A stretch of DNA of 58,483 nt, the filler included, from Sphacelaria rigidula (taxonomy: Eukaryota), in the NCBI GenBank assembly GCA_964200075.2. It is 9 parts of 9 records of this genome, joined end to end, with 100 filler letters (N's around TTAATTAATTAA, not from the genome) between each part and the next. Parts side by side here need not be neighbours in the genome. Positions count along the whole stretch, not along the records: positions 19,530 to 25,938 come from CAXNAA020020247.1; positions 26,039 to 32,447 come from CAXNAA020020248.1; positions 32,548 to 38,956 come from CAXNAA020020249.1; 6 more parts are not named here. One strand, written 5' to 3'. Shown piece by piece: positions 25,873-38,075 of this stretch. Made by a program: the position numbers and the translations under genes. The notes beneath the pieces are model-generated. The model had not been told where the DNA came from, did not search any database, and saw only the letters and a list, made by a program, of their open reading frames with translations. How positions within the stretch are numbered: position 1 is the first letter of the stretch; the number at the start of each line of letters is the position of its first letter.

Positions 25873-26493
25873 CCACCACACCACAGAGCGAGGAAGCACA
25901 ACACGCGCCTTCCGCAGGTCGCGGGGGGCAAGAAGGAANNNNNNNNNNNNNNNNNNNNNNNNNNNNNNNNNNNNNNNNNNNNTTAATTAATTAANNNNNN
26001 NNNNNNNNNNNNNNNNNNNNNNNNNNNNNNNNNNNNNNCTGGTGAGATCACACTTTACCCCTACAAGCACAGCTAGCGGACCAATGTTACTGGAAGGGGA
26101 TTTTTTTCAATGGAAGAGGGGGGCAGAAATATGCCGTAGTAACGACACATAAGAGGAGAGCCCAGCAGTCTCGAATTTGGCAAGGAGTAAAAAGAAAGAC
26201 GCGTTTAAGAAAATATAGGTGTTTTGGCGGAAAATACAAGAAATACACGTTTAAGACACTTCAGTCCAATAAGAAACCCAGCCTCGGCCAGAATTTCAGT
26301 TTCTCATGAGCGGGTCGGTACTGTAATGTAACGCTAATATCCAATAGATAATGGCCTATACATCGTGCGTTTTAGGCGGTAACGGTGAACGGCCGATATA
26401 TCGGTGTATATCGGCATGTAAAGGTACCTAGACACAACCCAACTACTTAGGATTAGAGTATTTACAGTACGTGTACGGTCGCCCCGGTGGCAC

Positions 26494-26865
26494 GGTCGCC
26501 CCGGTGGCTCAGTTGGTAATCGTGAAATCTCCTGACTGACGGTTGGGTCGTGGGTTCGAATCTCGGTGAAGGCTCACGATCTGGGAGTTTTGCTCACACC
26601 ATGTCCAACAGTGGAGAGCGACTATGTCGTGGGTACACAAAATTCGACGTGACGGTCGACGAAGGAAAGGGAGTGCTGAGCCCCTCTCGTGATAAAAGAA
26701 ATAAAGCAAGCACCGCAGAAGGAAGGTGGAGAACTAAAACAAACAAACAAAAAATAATCTTGTGTTGACCTATCTCCTGTGTGAGCCCGGCTGGTGCCCC
26801 CACATATACCGAAAGGTGTAGACTGGCGTCCAGAATAGATGGGATTACAACACAACACACGACAT
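26494..26865 (+). mobile_element. tRNA-derived SINE, copy 1 (about 370 bp)
   Basis: A box TGGCTCAGTTGG, B box GGTTCGAATCT, unique body and CA-rich tail. The first 16 nt are duplicated at 26476. Highly similar to the inverted copy at 28088-28441. Confidence 0.85.
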
Positions 26866-27827
26866 GCGGGCGAGGGTATAGAGTATAGCACCCACTACGT
26901 ATATCAACTGTAAGAGACACGGAGTATTGCAGCGTACTTCCTGTCCGGGGGTATCGAAAAATAAATGTACCAAGCACTTTAGAGTACACCTCAAATACTG
27001 TATTGAGTATTGAGCCATACCTTAACGCGTACCCTACGCTAGCCTGAACGACTCGTGAAACACACAAACACGCACCATTACCATCATCTCCTCAACAAAT
27101 GGCAGGTCGACGCAAGCGCTTGGTTGATTGCCAAAATTAAGCCAAAGGAAAAGCACTTTGTTGCAACCCCTCCCTTTTTTTTTCGCTTGTATTTATGGAC
27201 TACAGGTCGACGCGAACGCAACTGGTGGCTGCCTGCCCGATTTCGCCTGTCGTGGGGCAACGACATGTCGGCTGCCACGGAGTCTCTCGTTCCCCTCAGC
27301 TTCCCACCTCATTCCTCCATGGCCAAGTAAGATCTTGTTCACAAAGGGAGGGGGGGGGGGCAATCTACCGGGGCCACCTAAACGAGTTGATTGACAGTGC
27401 ATGATAGTATTAATAGTTGATTGATAAAGTCGATTGATATTGATTTTGAAATTGATATTGATTTTGATATTGATTCATTTATTTTCATTAGCATAAATAT
27501 TAACGTTGACTGCTCCGTTACGCATTCAGCCGTGGTCATTGGATACGAGATTGGCGTAACGTACCCAGGTATGCGTAGGAATCCATTCCCCGAAGGACAC
27601 TTTCTGAGGGGGAAACACGAAAAAGAACAGAGAGAACGAACGGAGTGAACGACGAACGACAAAATGGGGGAGGAAAGAAGAGGGAAGGAGGAAGAGATGA
27701 AAATAACGCTGCAGATTGTGTAGAATAGATGTACACGCAGTAAATGTCAGCGTGGGGAACCCCCACCATGAGCTCAGGGCCTGCTCATGGTAGAGGATGG
27801 CATGAATGCGTGGTAGAGGTTTGGTGG

Positions 27828-28670
27828 GTGAATACGCCACGCGTCGAACGAGTCATTACTCGTCGAAACGAGTGCACTCGTGGATGTTTTTTGAAAACGC
27901 AACGAGCATGACTCGTGTGCTCGAGTCGTTACTTTTTTTCACAACGAGAAATGACTCGAGTGCTCGCCCTATTATATTTTTCCACAACGAGCGATGACTC
28001 GAGTGCTCGCCCTATTATATTTTTCCACAACGAGCAATGACTCGAGTGCTCTCCCTATAAATTTTTACGGCCAAAGATCAATGACTCATGTGTGTATGCT
28101 GTCATCTCATCTATTCTGGACGTCAATCTACACCTTTCGGTATATGTGGGCACCAGCCGGGGTCACACAGGAGGAAGCCCAACACAGTGCTTTGCTTTTT
28201 TGTTCGTTTTAGTTCTAAACCTTCCCTCTGCGGTGCTTGCCTTTATTTTTCATCGCGAGAGGGGTACAGCGATCCCTTTCCCTCGTCGACCGTCACGTCG
28301 AATTTTGTGTACCCACGACATGGTTGCTCTCCACTGTTGGGCATTGTGTGAGGACAAATCCCGGATCGCTCTGAGACTCGGACCCACGACCCAACCGTTA
28401 AAACGTTTCGAGGTTACCAACTGAGCCATCGGGGCGACCGGCGAGTGCTCGCCCTATTAACTTTTTTCCACAACGAGCAGTGACTCGAGTACTCGCCCTG
28501 TTGATTTTTTTCCACAACAAGCAATGACTCGAGTGCTCGCCCTACTTTTTTTTTCCACAACGAGTAATGACTCGAGTGCACGTCCTATTAACTTTTACGG
28601 CCAACGAGCAGCCCAACGAGTGCGAGTGCCACGAGTTAAACTCGTGCTCGTCCGATGTGTGGAATACTCG
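27828..28670. mobile_element. TIR element with internal ~43-bp tandem repeats, interrupted by a SINE
   Basis: Unit ACAACGAGCAATGACTCGAGTGCTCGCCCTATTATATTTTTCC, about 8 copies in 27895-28087 and 28442-28620. Imperfect inverted ends GAATACGCCACGCGTCGAACGAG and CTCGTCCGATGTGTGGAATACTC. Confidence 0.65.
28088..28441 (-). mobile_element. tRNA-derived SINE, copy 2
   Basis: Reverse-complement homolog of 26494-26865, sharing GTCGTGGGTACACAAAATTCGACGTGACGGTCGACG and CACATATACCGAAAGGTGTAGA. Confidence 0.85.
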
Positions 28671-28859
28671 TAGATAGTAAGTGAGATATGGGAACTTGTT
28701 TCGGAGACTTGTTTGGTGGGAGCTGTTCTTGTGTGGTGGCCCATTTGAAGGCCGAACCATTGATTCGCGCACACTTACAATGATTGGGTTCGACGAAGAT
28801 TTCGTCTACGATGCGAGTACCATGGATGTCTTGAAAGGGGGGTATACCTCTTATCCTGT

Positions 28860-28950
28860 AGGGGGGAGGGGGGGGGGAGACTACCCATTCATCGATTACC
28901 TTGTCGAGTCGTCTGGCCATTGACCACGCACCCCTTGCGAGGGAGGCGGG
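28860..28950 (-). mobile_element. Degenerate LINE 3' end with C-rich tail
   Basis: G-run followed by AGTCGTCTGGCCATTGACCACGCACCCCTTGCGAG. Confidence 0.55.
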
Positions 28951-30237
28951 GGATATACTGTTGAGGTGATCGATGTGCTCGATAGGGTGTGTGGTATCAA
29001 TGTGGTGGAATAATGACCTCAAAACACGTAATTTCGAACAAGTTTCACGTCCGAGTTGCGGCATTTCCTCATGTACGTGTGTATACGTGTATGTTCTTGC
29101 AGTGTGCATATATGTACGGCCGTACGTATGCTGAGGGCTGAGCATTTTTCAGTTTGTGAATAAGGACAGATGACAAAACACACGCACAAATATTTACCAA
29201 AATGGTGGGAGGCAGGAGAGTCACCACCCATGATTTTTGTTGATAACAAAACATGGAGAGTTCAAAATAATATCGGTTCACAGTGCATTGGTATTTCTAC
29301 ACATCCATGTATTTTTTCCCCGCACGAACATTACTGGAGAATGACTTCGTCAACCCCTCCCTCACGAGACTGTCATTTGAATTTTTAATCGTTTCACCAC
29401 TATCCTCGTACCTAACCCCCAACACTTATCCTATACAGGGGAGGGTTTAGTCATACCTTGCTCGTTGCACCTTGCTCGTTGAGCAGTATCAGCGGGGATG
29501 AAGGGTCATCGTGTGTGTACTTGCGTTGACACATTTTTGGTTTAATCTCCTGTGACATCGTGTGAAGTTAATCATTTTGCCCACGGGGGCATATATTCCG
29601 AACGATCTTTAGCACTTCCCGCATACGTTCTGTGCCCTCCTTTCCATTCCATCCTATTTCTTCCTTTCATCCCCCTTCCCTCGCACTCCCCCCCTCCTCC
29701 CCTCCTGTATGCCATTCTCCACTATCAAGTGTTTGTATGCATTTTATCTTCGTGCATCCCTTCTTTTCTCTCTCCAGAGTGAGTAAATTGAGGGCTCGAG
29801 AAACTTCTCCTCGCTACAATATTCAGCAATGCGTAGGCCGAATATCTGAGTCGCGACCCGCTCCCACGGCCCTACTTTCTTGAACGACCAACCTTACAAT
29901 CTCGCTTTGGTGTGGGGCTTGTCTGTTTCTGTCGTCCTCTCCGGCGGTTTCTTCGTGGAACATGATCATCACACCTGCGTTTTTTTTTCTCCCCCTGGAC
30001 TATTTTCCTTTTTTCTGTTCGTGCTCGAGTTCTCCCTGTGGCTAGAGGGTTCTCATTTGGTCTGTGTCGCCGTGGCTACGTCTGCTTCGGGACTATCAGC
30101 TAGATACGTGGCGGAATCGGTACAGTGAAGTCTGTCAATCTGTCACTGGATCAGTGAAAACTCCATACAACGAATCAAGCAAGCAAGCGATCGAATCAAG
30201 TCCTACAATCGCTACTACACCTGTACAGTACAATGCC

Positions 30238-30320
30238 GCGCCCCGGTGGTGTAATGGTCCGTCTGTCGCCATTAGGGTGGAGAGAACGGGGGTTCGATTC
30301 CCGATGCGTTGGGTTTTTTC
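30238..30320 (+). mobile_element. tRNA-like head (SINE or pseudogene)
   Basis: A box TGGTGTAATGGT, B box GGTTCGATTCC, then a T-run; anticodon and acceptor arms do not form. Confidence 0.5.
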
Positions 30321-31985
30321 TTTCGTGATGCATGATTTTCACCGTGGAAAGCGTGAGAACGTGAGTAAACAAAGTAAGTAGTCGACTGGGTTGGTGTGAC
30401 GTGAGTTGATGCGGTGCGGGAGTGCTGATAGTCATAACCCAATCCGCGAGACAAAAGTGAAAGGCACGTACGGGGGAGAGATGGGTTGATCCCTCGAGAC
30501 CACGGACTCATCCCGAGGAAGGGGAAGGGTTCAAAGTGTGAGGAAAAAAAAGAAAAGAAAAAAGTACAATCGCAGCGAACTGTCCGCAACAAGCAAAACA
30601 TCCACACACTCTGACACCTGGTTTTTTAGTCTCTATCTTGATCTGCACTCGACCAACCGCAACGCTTGTTGTGTATGGCATGCCGGTATGTATACCTGAA
30701 CCGAAACGACCGGTCAAGTCGAAGCAGTTTCGGATCACTTCAAACGAACGGGGTTGCAAGTATTTTTACTGCACTGGATGCACGCAACACTGTGCAAGAA
30801 CAGTATGCTTCATTCGTTTACCTTGTCCCGATCATGTACTGCATGCATACTTTCGACTAGTCCTACTTTCTCAGTACGCGTTTCATGTCTGCACCCTTTT
30901 TCTTCATTTTTCTCTCTCTTTTTGTTTATTCTTCATTTTTCTCTCTTGACTTATTCTTCTGGTTTCCCTCCCCCTCCCCCCTCCCATCCGCTATCCTTCC
31001 TTGTTGTCTCATGACGAATACAAAAGCCGATATCGCACAGGTCTGAGGGCTATGCACGCCGAAAACGTGCTCAAATACGTGGATGCGTCGCTGTGCAGGG
31101 ATGACATACCGGCTACTAGACTTCAGGTATATACGTAGAAGATGGAGAAATGCGCAAACGACTTCTTCTTGTTCTTGTTTTTTTCCTTTTTTACTGGTGG
31201 ACGGCGACACGAAACGATTTCAGCTTAGGGGTCCGTTTGTGTTGCAAATGTTCGGTTCCTGAAGGGGAACGCGGTCATTATCCGTTCATTTTTTTCATAA
31301 TACGAGAAGTATAAAGTACAATCAAAGAAATTCAAAATAGTGAAGACATTTGAGGTAAAAATAATTTGTGTGTTGTGTGGGAGTTGTTCGGGTCGTTGGG
31401 GGTGGAACACTTTTTTGGAAAAAAGGAACACAAAACAATTATATTTATATATGTATATATTAAATTGATGCAGAAGCATATCGCAAAAAAAGTCTCACCT
31501 CTGGTTCGTGTCGTATTTAACGTTTTCTCCGGATCACCATTTCGTCGGCCGGTTTCGTACGTTTTGAATTTTTTTCCCTGTGCACTTCTTCCGACGAATG
31601 TGTTCTGTCTTCCTGACTGTTCGATGCAAGACTACAAAACTCATTGTGTATACATACGTAACATGAACCATATAACTTCATGGACGCAACGAATTACGAG
31701 CTTCTAATAAGACTCGCCATCACTAGTGTTTTGAATTTGACAAATAACTCGTGCCCAAGCGCTTTTCATTCCCCTTTTTTTCTGTTTATTTCCAAGCAAG
31801 GTGGGACTTGTTGATCTTTTACCCATATATTTCTTGGTTTCCACACACACCAAAAGGTTCCTTCTCGTGGTCGCATGAATAAAAGGGGGTGGGTGGATTC
31901 ACCACCACGAAGGCATGTTTTTTTTGTTGTCGTTGGCTCTAGAACAAGCTACTGGAATTCACCCTCGTGCACTAGCATGTGAAAT

Positions 31986-32103
31986 CATCTTATTCTCTTT
32001 TTTTCTCCTTGTTGTTGTTGTTGCTTTTCCATGTTCGCATGGAACACCCCGAACGTGTTGACTTCGGGTTTTGGGATATCTTCCAGGCCGCGACAGAGTC
32101 GAC
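31986..32103 (-). CDS. Possible terminal exon of an unknown gene
   Basis: Acceptor ttgctgcag, then (G)RLCRGLEDIPKPEVNTFGVFHANMEKQQQQQGEKKRIR*. No homology recognised. Confidence 0.3.
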
Positions 32104-32299
32104 CTGCAGCAATTGAATGATCCCCTAATATGTACTCTCCTTGGAGTTCCAGCTTTTGCTCACAGGTGGTTTGCGAGGTGTTCGCGAAAAAAACAGATTT
32201 AACGAAACGATGGGTCTACATTTTCGTTGATTGCGGTGATCTTCGGTGCGATCCTTGAGGATATTCCTGAATCGTGTTTTCACCCTGTGTAAAATGTCC

Positions 32300-32400
32300 C
32301 TCCCTCCCCCCCCCCACATGGTGAGACACCCACGAGGCAGTGTATAAGACGTGGCTGTCTCTGGAAGTGGCGATCCCAGACAGTAAAGCAACTCGCCGTA
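32300..32400 (-). repeat. Dispersed repeat ending in a G-run (second family)
   Basis: CCACTTCC(C)GAGACAGCCAC..TTATACACTGCCTC(G/A)TGGGTGTCTCACC; also at 52098-52170 and 54648-54700. Confidence 0.75.
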
Positions 32401-32715
32401 GGCTGTCATCCAAATGCAAGATAATCAGTAGGCTTCGGGCCGAACAANNNNNNNNNNNNNNNNNNNNNNNNNNNNNNNNNNNNNNNNNNNNTTAATTAAT
32501 TAANNNNNNNNNNNNNNNNNNNNNNNNNNNNNNNNNNNNNNNNNNNNCCCCCCCTACCGTAGGATGACTCGCCGAGTGACAAAAACAAAAAAAGAAAAGA
32601 GAAGAAAATAATACTTCGAAGTAGTAAATGTGTGCACCTGATGTTTTGCACAAAGGTCAGAATATCAAGACGTGACCATCGCCCTGCACCACGCTACCAA
32701 ATTTTGCTCGACCAG

Positions 32716-32899
32716 AAAATTGCGCGAACTAAGGCTTGGCGGGAACCAACTATCGAGGCTGCCTCCCTGCGTGTCGGGATTGCGAGGGCTAGAGGTGCTC
32801 GATCTCAGGGACAACTCCATCGAACAACTTCCGTCGGACCTGAAGTATCTGCGGGCGCTTCTTGATCTAGATCTGGACGAGAATCCCATCGGACCCGAG
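32716..32899 (+). CDS. Leucine-rich repeat protein, internal exon
   Basis: cag/...gt boundaries. KLRELRLGGNQLSRLPPCVSGLRGLEVLDLRDNSIEQLPSDLKYLRALLDLDLDENPI gives three LxxLxLxxN repeats with a 23-aa period. Confidence 0.88.
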
Positions 32900-33206
32900 G
32901 TAACCGTGCACGAAACGAGCTGTTGAACCACAAAATAAATGTGTAGAAGGATGAACGGATCTTTAGTACCTCTTCTTCAATTTTTTATTTTTTCTTCATC
33001 GTTCGACCCCATTCAGACCTGCCGTCGTCGGTAGCTAGAAACCTCCCGAGGGGCAAAGCGAGAGGCAGCGTAGGATCACCACTCCTTCGGTGCCAAGTAC
33101 CACCTGCAGTAGCTGGCTCCGGGTGATTCTCTTCACGTTGCGATGGAAATAACGCCCGTGGATGGATGGTTCTCTGTCTTGCCTGCTTACTTGCCTGAGA
33201 GGTACG

Positions 33207-33419
33207 ACGTTGGAATGCGTGAGAGAACCGCGTGCTTAGAGGACCGCATCTGAATTTGAACATGCCTGTGGTTAGGCTTAGGGTTAGGGCTAGTGTTGGG
33301 GTTAGGGTCAGGGGTCCTGCAGAGACTGGCCCGATTGGTTTCGAAAAACGTCGATCCTGGGGTGTTTTGGACCACGGCGCGGTCCTCTAAGCACGCGGTC
33401 CTCTCACGCATTTCAACGT
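33207..33419. mobile_element. MITE with ~40-bp TIRs and internal TTAGGG-like repeats (copy 1)
   Basis: TIR CGTTG(G/A)AATGCGTGAGAG(A/G)ACCGCGTGCTTAGAGGACCGC at both ends; internal GGTTAGGCTTAGGGTTAGGGCTAG. Confidence 0.85.
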
Positions 33420-33442
33420 GATACGACAGTACAGAAATGCTC

Positions 33443-33647
33443 GAAGGGCAGGTCGAGTAGAGTATACTCAATTGCGGGGTATTTTGAAAGTTGTACTCGA
33501 AGTACACAACTTGGGGGTAGGGTCTTGGGGATTGCTTTCCAGTTACTTTTTGGGTACGGCTCCTAACACACCACCCTAGTTTGAGTACCTCAAGTACGTT
33601 TATCAAAATACCCCGTAATTGAGTATACTCTACTCGACCAGCCCTTG
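33443..33647. mobile_element. hAT-like MITE
   Basis: About 45-bp TIRs (AAGGGC.GGTCGAGTAGAGTATACTCAATT.CGGGGTATTTTGA) with flanking 8-mers AAATGCTC and AAATGCTT (7/8 match, TSD-like). 8-bp TSDs are typical of hAT. Confidence 0.75.
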
Positions 33648-35202
33648 AAATGCTTGACATTCCCGGCGCTCGTGGCCACAAATGCACGATAACTGCGGAA
33701 TAAACTGCCCAGATGTATGTATCATGGGCGTTTTGCGATACACCCCTTGGGCCGCACCATGAAACGCTCACGCTGGTGTGAGGTATGACAACACATATAC
33801 CCCGAAGTAGAGCAGGATCGAGACATGTCTGGTGAGCATGGCAGATAATGTGGATAATCGGAACTTGTACACCCATTTGCCAACTTCACGACAATGTGGG
33901 CGTTGTGAAAGTACACCCGCCAAGGTGCTTACGCCTCTGACTACATGCGCAGATAAGTAGTCATCATTGTACAATACCCACATGTCATCATTCGACGTCC
34001 TCCGTGATCCATCCCACAGGATCGAGGCGTGGGGAAAAGGTCAATGACTATCGTGAAACCCGAGATGTGTCTCATCCCCCGATGTAATTTCCAAACCTCT
34101 ACTTTACACTCAAGAAGCAAGATTCCGGAGGTTGAAGGAATCTTTCCACAGATCTTGGCAAGATTGTCTGCTTCGTACGGCTCCCGACGTCACAAACACG
34201 GCACGGTCACTATCGACATAGCCAAATTTGAAGGATGATCTGGGGTCGTGTGATAACCCCGGATAACCAGTCGAAAGATTATTCTAGCTACCAACGGAAC
34301 TTTAGCGTGGAATAAATGCCACACGTGCGAAAGCTATTTTACCGACACTTGCGAGAGTTGAGTGTTGCTGGCAACGTTGTGTGCTGGCCGACAGTCAAGC
34401 TTCTGACTGCCCGTGTTCTCAGGCATTCCTATCAATACATTCATGTATCTGCACCGTACTCTACGCGTGAAGATGTAGATTTGATTCATTGACGGATTGA
34501 TTGTCGCACTTTATCTGATCACCCATGGGTCCAGTCGTGGTCGCATGATAGACGTACCCAACAAAACCAAAACCGCAACACTCGCTTGAGAAAAAAAGGT
34601 ACACAAAAATGTCGAGCTAGAGATATGCATTCAAGGAGATACACCTCACCCAGTCTATCTTATTACCACGGCTAGCTTCGTAGGCACCGGTTACTGTCCG
34701 GCAATCAGTAAAGCGAGCATTCCCTGAAACCGTTCCACAGCGCATTGCACGTACCTGCAGGGTCTGGCATACTCGATTGACAGCGGACCAAATCATTTAC
34801 GCTATCAAATCCGCTTGAAGATCCAACAGGTTTTAGATACGGGCTTCCTGCAGTATGCATCTATGCACGCACTGAAGATAGGTATCATACACGCATGGAA
34901 AACCTTTCAAAGCATGGACGACCGCCGGTCGATGGAATGGCACTCAGAAGACATCGTTCAACACTACTGCGCGCGACAGGCGTTAATGTTTGTGACATGC
35001 TTTTGTATAAGTTAGTCATGTTCAACGACTATAAAAATGCATCGCAAGGTGTTAGCCCTCGGCTCGTGCAGTACGGTCAATCATCTTCTAAGTATCGTCA
35101 TCACTCTACCAGTTGCGTACTTATGCCCGAAATATGTCTTCACCAGTATAGTCCTTTCTACCGGCAGCTTGTACCGGAGAGTCCCGTGTGCAGTACTATC
35201 CA

Positions 35203-38075
35203 AGTGAACACTATCGTCTTCCTCCTTTTCCCCGGCCTCGGCCCTGAGCGCTGAGGTCGGATTGAACGGACTGACAGCAGAGGCCCAAGGAAAGACACAT
35301 CATTGTGGCTCGTACGGAGAATCGGTGACACCTAGTGTCAAACTGCTCCCGCACTACGTCCGCGTGGGAGTCGGGTGAATCCTACTGTCAAAGCACCCCG
35401 AACGCGCAATTCGTACGATGTTTATCACCCTTGATACAGTCGATACCTGCCCCCGGTTGTAGACCTGAACCACCGAGACCGGGTTTACGCCAGGTAGGAC
35501 AACGACCCCTGGAAGAGTACAACACTCGGCTTGTACGGAGAGTGACTCCTACTCGCTCCGCACCACAGTGGTGTGGCATTGAATGCCCATCGCACTGCCA
35601 TTACTGACTGCACCACACGGTGGTTAACACCATGTGGTGCTTAAGACCCGTCTATTTTCTGCTGCATGGCGATGACATCGGAACACGCCCTACCCCTGCT
35701 GCTGGGGGCCGCTAATCCAACTATTCTTTTCCATCGCCGAGAGCATTGTTGCCGTAGCTCTGAGAGCAGACAGCGGCGTGCGTGTAAGCAAAAATATCGA
35801 CTTAGTGGAGGTCAACATGCGCGGGGCCCGCTGAACCCCCCGCGCAGGAACGAAGAGGCATGAACCAGCGTAGGCAGAAGAGTGCGTGGAAACAGAGAGC
35901 CCACAAACGCTGGATCAGACATAAACAGAAAAGGGACATAGTGAAACGAAGGGAGAGAAGGAGGGAAAGACCAGCTCGGTCAGCAGCCAAGGCTCAGGGT
36001 CGCGTCAATCGCACCACGGCAATCGCAGAGTCTCGATCCAAAGGGCTGGTAGTGGCCCCTCGGAATGTACGCACCATGGCCGAGACAGGTTCCAACGGCA
36101 CAGGCCACCACGCCGAGGACCTGCTGCTTTTTGTGTCCACATACAACTGTGACTTCGTTGCCCTCCAAAACACCCGTCGTGATGGATGAACAACCTTCCA
36201 CACACCACCAGCAGGATACATCGTTCACTGCAGCGACCACTTCAATGGAGACGCGGGTAAATTCTCGGAGTCGGCCTCGCCATTAAGGAGTCTATCACCC
36301 GCACGCTGGGTTCAGAAGTCATCGCCCCCGAACACGTGAGTGCCAGGACCCTCAAGGTTGCGACAACCTTCATCGTAGGGTATGCTCCTACTGAGACAGC
36401 ACAAGGTTCTGAAAAGACCAAGTTATGGAAGACCCTCAGTAGTTCCAAGGCTGGAGCGACCACCAACGAACACCTAGTACAGTACTCATGATGGATGACA
36501 ATGCTCGAACTGGAAGGAGAGAAGAAGGAGGCATGGATGACGCTCCGGTACTGGGAGAGTATAGGAGAGACACCCGGAATGATAATGGTCGACGCCTACT
36601 GAAATGCGCTGCGGAACATAAAATGGCCGTCACCAGCACATTGTTTCGCATATCAACTCACGGGGAAAGCTCGACCGCATATACATATGTGAAGCCGGAG
36701 ATCGAACCATCGAGGCGGAGACAGCGGGCCAACTTTACAAGCAAGTTGAATATTTCCTCTACTTTGGCGGAGAAATCAGCAGCATCGGTGATGTCACTCC
36801 CGAGATCCACAGCCGCATTGGCCAGGCCTGAACGTTCTTCTACAAGTACAGCAGAGCGGTATACGACCACCCATACATCGCCCTGGCCACCAAGGTTAGT
36901 CTCCTGAAGACTGAAGTGACCGAGGTGATGCTATACGACTCCGTGACCTGGACAATCGCCCACGACAATTTCAGGGCGTTACGGGAGGCCCATCCAGGAT
37001 TCCTGCTGAGGTGTCTCAAAAACCATACCTCTAGCCGCAACGTCCCTGACTAGCACATGCTATCATACCACGAGGTCCTCGAAAGAGCTAGCTGCGAGTG
37101 TATCGAGGCCACCGTGATGAAGCGAACACTCCGACACGCCAGCCGCGTTGTGCGCATGCACGAAGAACGCCTCTCCAACATCGTCATGCATGGAGTGATG
37201 GTTGGAGGTGAGACGAGGGCAGGCCGACCAGCGAGGGGCGTTTAACACTGCATACGGACTGCTGCTCGTGGGTAGGAATAAAATGCGACATCGTGGACGT
37301 AGGTTGCCAAAGATGTGTCCGAATGGTCCCGAGTTGTAGAGGAGGGGCTAACGTGTACATGGCGGCCTGGACCAAAGGACGCCAACCTAAGGAATTGTTT
37401 GCTGTCCTACCACCAGAGCTCCCCCAGTGCCTACCGAGGACCTCCGGACAGTAACCAGTAGTCCATCGGATAGTATCCTTACTGGTACACCTGCAGTCTT
37501 TCCGAACAGTTGCGGTGGTTGGCTATAATTGTGCCTGTTTTTGTTTTTAGTTGACCCTCGCTTGGTGGCCATGCTATTGTAATCCCCTTGCGTCATCTTT
37601 TCTATTTCGTCTTCTGTTTTCTTTCCATTTCTTTCGGTGTGGGTTTTTCAGCAGGTGTGAAGTTTGTATTCCTTTTTCCTTTTCACCCCGTTGAACTCGG
37701 GGAAGCTACTCCTCTTGTAATGTTTATTGTCATAATATTTTAGCTTATTGCGTTTGTTCTTGTGAATAGGCTGGAATCTCAGAAAAAAACGACGAGAATT
37801 CCATGTCTAGTAAGGAATTGCAGGGGCGGTATTGGAAAGACGAGCCTACGTCAGTGACCACGGGTTCGACAGATCGGACTAATGTGCGGAAACAGCAACA
37901 ATAATGATAATAATAATACTGATATTTTATTCTTTTTTATTATTATTGTGATAATAATAATTATGATGCTGATGCTGCTGATGATGATGGTAATCATCAC
38001 AATAGTAATGATAATGATAATGACAATAATAAATAATAATGAGCATCATCATCATAATCATAACGATAGTAACAA
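35203..38075 (+). mobile_element. Decayed RTE-like non-LTR retrotransposon with RT core deleted
   Basis: AP-endonuclease remnants at 36050-36660 (NVRTM..DFVALQNTRRDG; GYAPTE; MDDNARTG; RNDNGRRLL) join directly to the post-RT region at 36750-37245 (EIHSRIGQA; MLYDSVTWT; RVVRMHEERLSNIVMHG). Stops and frameshifts are present. ATA/ATG microsatellite tail at 37895-38072; flanking 67-bp imperfect direct repeats at 35136-35202 and 38076-38142. Confidence 0.85.

Noticed and set aside
26494..26575. Functional tRNA genes (also 20490-20558 and 30238-30312)
   Set aside because: A and B boxes are present but acceptor and anticodon stems do not pair; the 26494 copy continues into a repeated SINE body.
27895..28620. 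CRISPR-like array
   Set aside because: Units are contiguous tandem repeats without unique spacers, there are no cas genes, and the context is eukaryotic.
6891..32899. Immune-like cluster of LamG-LRR, EsV-1-7 and LRR genes
   Set aside because: The genes sit on different unlinked contigs that are adjacent only because of similar length.
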